A DNA stretch of 64,000 bases from Cyclobacteriaceae bacterium. Lineage in GTDB: Bacteria; Bacteroidota; Bacteroidia; Cytophagales; Cyclobacteriaceae. The translations under genes and the position numbers were made by a program. The notes beneath the pieces are model-generated. The model was not told the origin of the DNA. It did not search any database and saw nothing but the letters and a program-made list of their open reading frames with translations. The stretch covers positions 7,208-71,207 of the forward strand of contig JAAUQL010000012.1 of the NCBI GenBank assembly GCA_012033595.1, in the 5' to 3' direction. Position 1 is the stretch's first letter, and each line of letters starts with the position of its first letter. This document shows positions 63,388 to 64,000 of the stretch, piece after piece.

Positions 63388-63515
63388 GAAAAATACCTGG
63401 TAAACCAATAGAATAAAGCGATAAGTACGACCAGATGCACCATCAGCAGAAAGTAGAGTTTTTTCCAGGTGCCCAGTATTGGAGGGCGGTCTTCCAAATC
63501 GCTTTTTTCACTCAT
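63384..63515 (-). CDS. Small single-TM protein translationally coupled to the SSS gene
   Basis: MSEKSDLEDRPPILGTWKKLYFLLMVHLVVLIALFYWFTRYFS*; ATGA overlaps at both ends. Confidence 0.75.
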   Translation of the reverse strand: MSEKSDLEDRPPILGTWKKLYFLLMVHLVVLIALFYWFTRYFS

Positions 63516-64000
63516 TTCAAATTGGCTTTTTTCAGATGTGCACGATCGTCGTGAGTTTCAATAGTCCACTTTTTATCTTGATAATCCAAAATATACAAGC
63601 TCAAATTATCATGGTCGAATTGATCCATCTCTTTGATGTGCAGTCCGGTGATCCAGGCGAGCATGATTTTGAGTGCCCGGCCGTGCATGCACAACAGTAC
63701 GAGGTCTTCGGGCTGTGAAGCGATGTAGTCTAAGGCTTCCTTCTGACGTTCTTGCACGTCGAGGGGGTTTTCGCCTCCTTCAAGCCTGGGGTGTAGTTCG
63801 CCCGACTTCCAGGTATTGATGATGTCGATATATTGCTTATTGTCTTCGCTTTTGGCAAACAAGCCTTCAGCGGCGCCCCAGCATATCTCATCCAATCCCG
63901 GCAGAGCTTCGTGCTGTATGCCCCTATCTAAAAACGGTCGAACCGTTTGTACGGTGCGCTGCAAGGTGGACGTATATACCTTCTGAAAAGGGACATGCTG
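63512..64000 (-). CDS. Histidine phosphatase (phosphoglycerate mutase) family, 3' part
   Basis: STLQRT.QT, LDEI.WG..EG, GGE, CMHGRA. Confidence 0.85.
   Translation of the reverse strand, partial: QHVPFQKVYTSTLQRTVQTVRPFLDRGIQHEALPGLDEICWGAAEGLFAKSEDNKQYIDIINTWKSGELHPRLEGGENPLDVQERQKEALDYIASQPEDLVLLCMHGRALKIMLAWITGLHIKEMDQFDHDNLSLYILDYQDKKWTIETHDDRAHLKKANLK

Noticed and set aside
1..64000. CRISPR array, tRNA, rRNA, transposase, prophage or defence genes
   Set aside because: No regularly spaced repeats, cloverleaf/rRNA signatures or matching protein motifs seen by eye

Overview
Chromosomal segment of a Bacteroidota bacterium, most consistent with Cytophagales (T9SS C-terminal domains, TAnnTTTG promoters, many lipoproteins, FecR/STN and ECF sigma genes). 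The left flank (1-27.5 kb) carries housekeeping and carbohydrate genes: GH43, an AdoMetDC-spermidine synthase fusion, sixA, topA, a sirtuin, GH51/GH10, DUF1800/DUF1501, a Tat-exported sugar-oxidation cluster, an AmgK-RapZ-C fusion with MurU, and a ClC channel. A visibly more AT-rich accessory tract (~27.6-50.9 kb) encodes mostly envelope proteins: a FecR / STN-small beta-barrel / T9SS module, three tandem paralogous lipoproteins, a DUF4469 HU-like protein, beta-barrel + serine hydrolase pairs under a Crp/Fnr box, an ECF sigma with a dual-membrane-type anti-sigma and NigD-like lipoprotein, and an orphan FecI-like ECF sigma. Three copies of a GGGTAG-N13-GTGT motif sit upstream of operons in this tract and suggest a dispersed ECF regulon, the best candidate for an undescribed system. 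The right flank holds an ilvD-ilvB-ilvN-ilvC-leuA operon with an unannotated leader-peptide attenuator, then usp, mpg, DUF2911 and an SSS transporter. About 15 genes, including essential topA, are split by 1-bp indels, most likely sequencing errors. No rRNA, tRNA, CRISPR, integrase or transposase was seen. All family calls are by motif recognition, not by database search.
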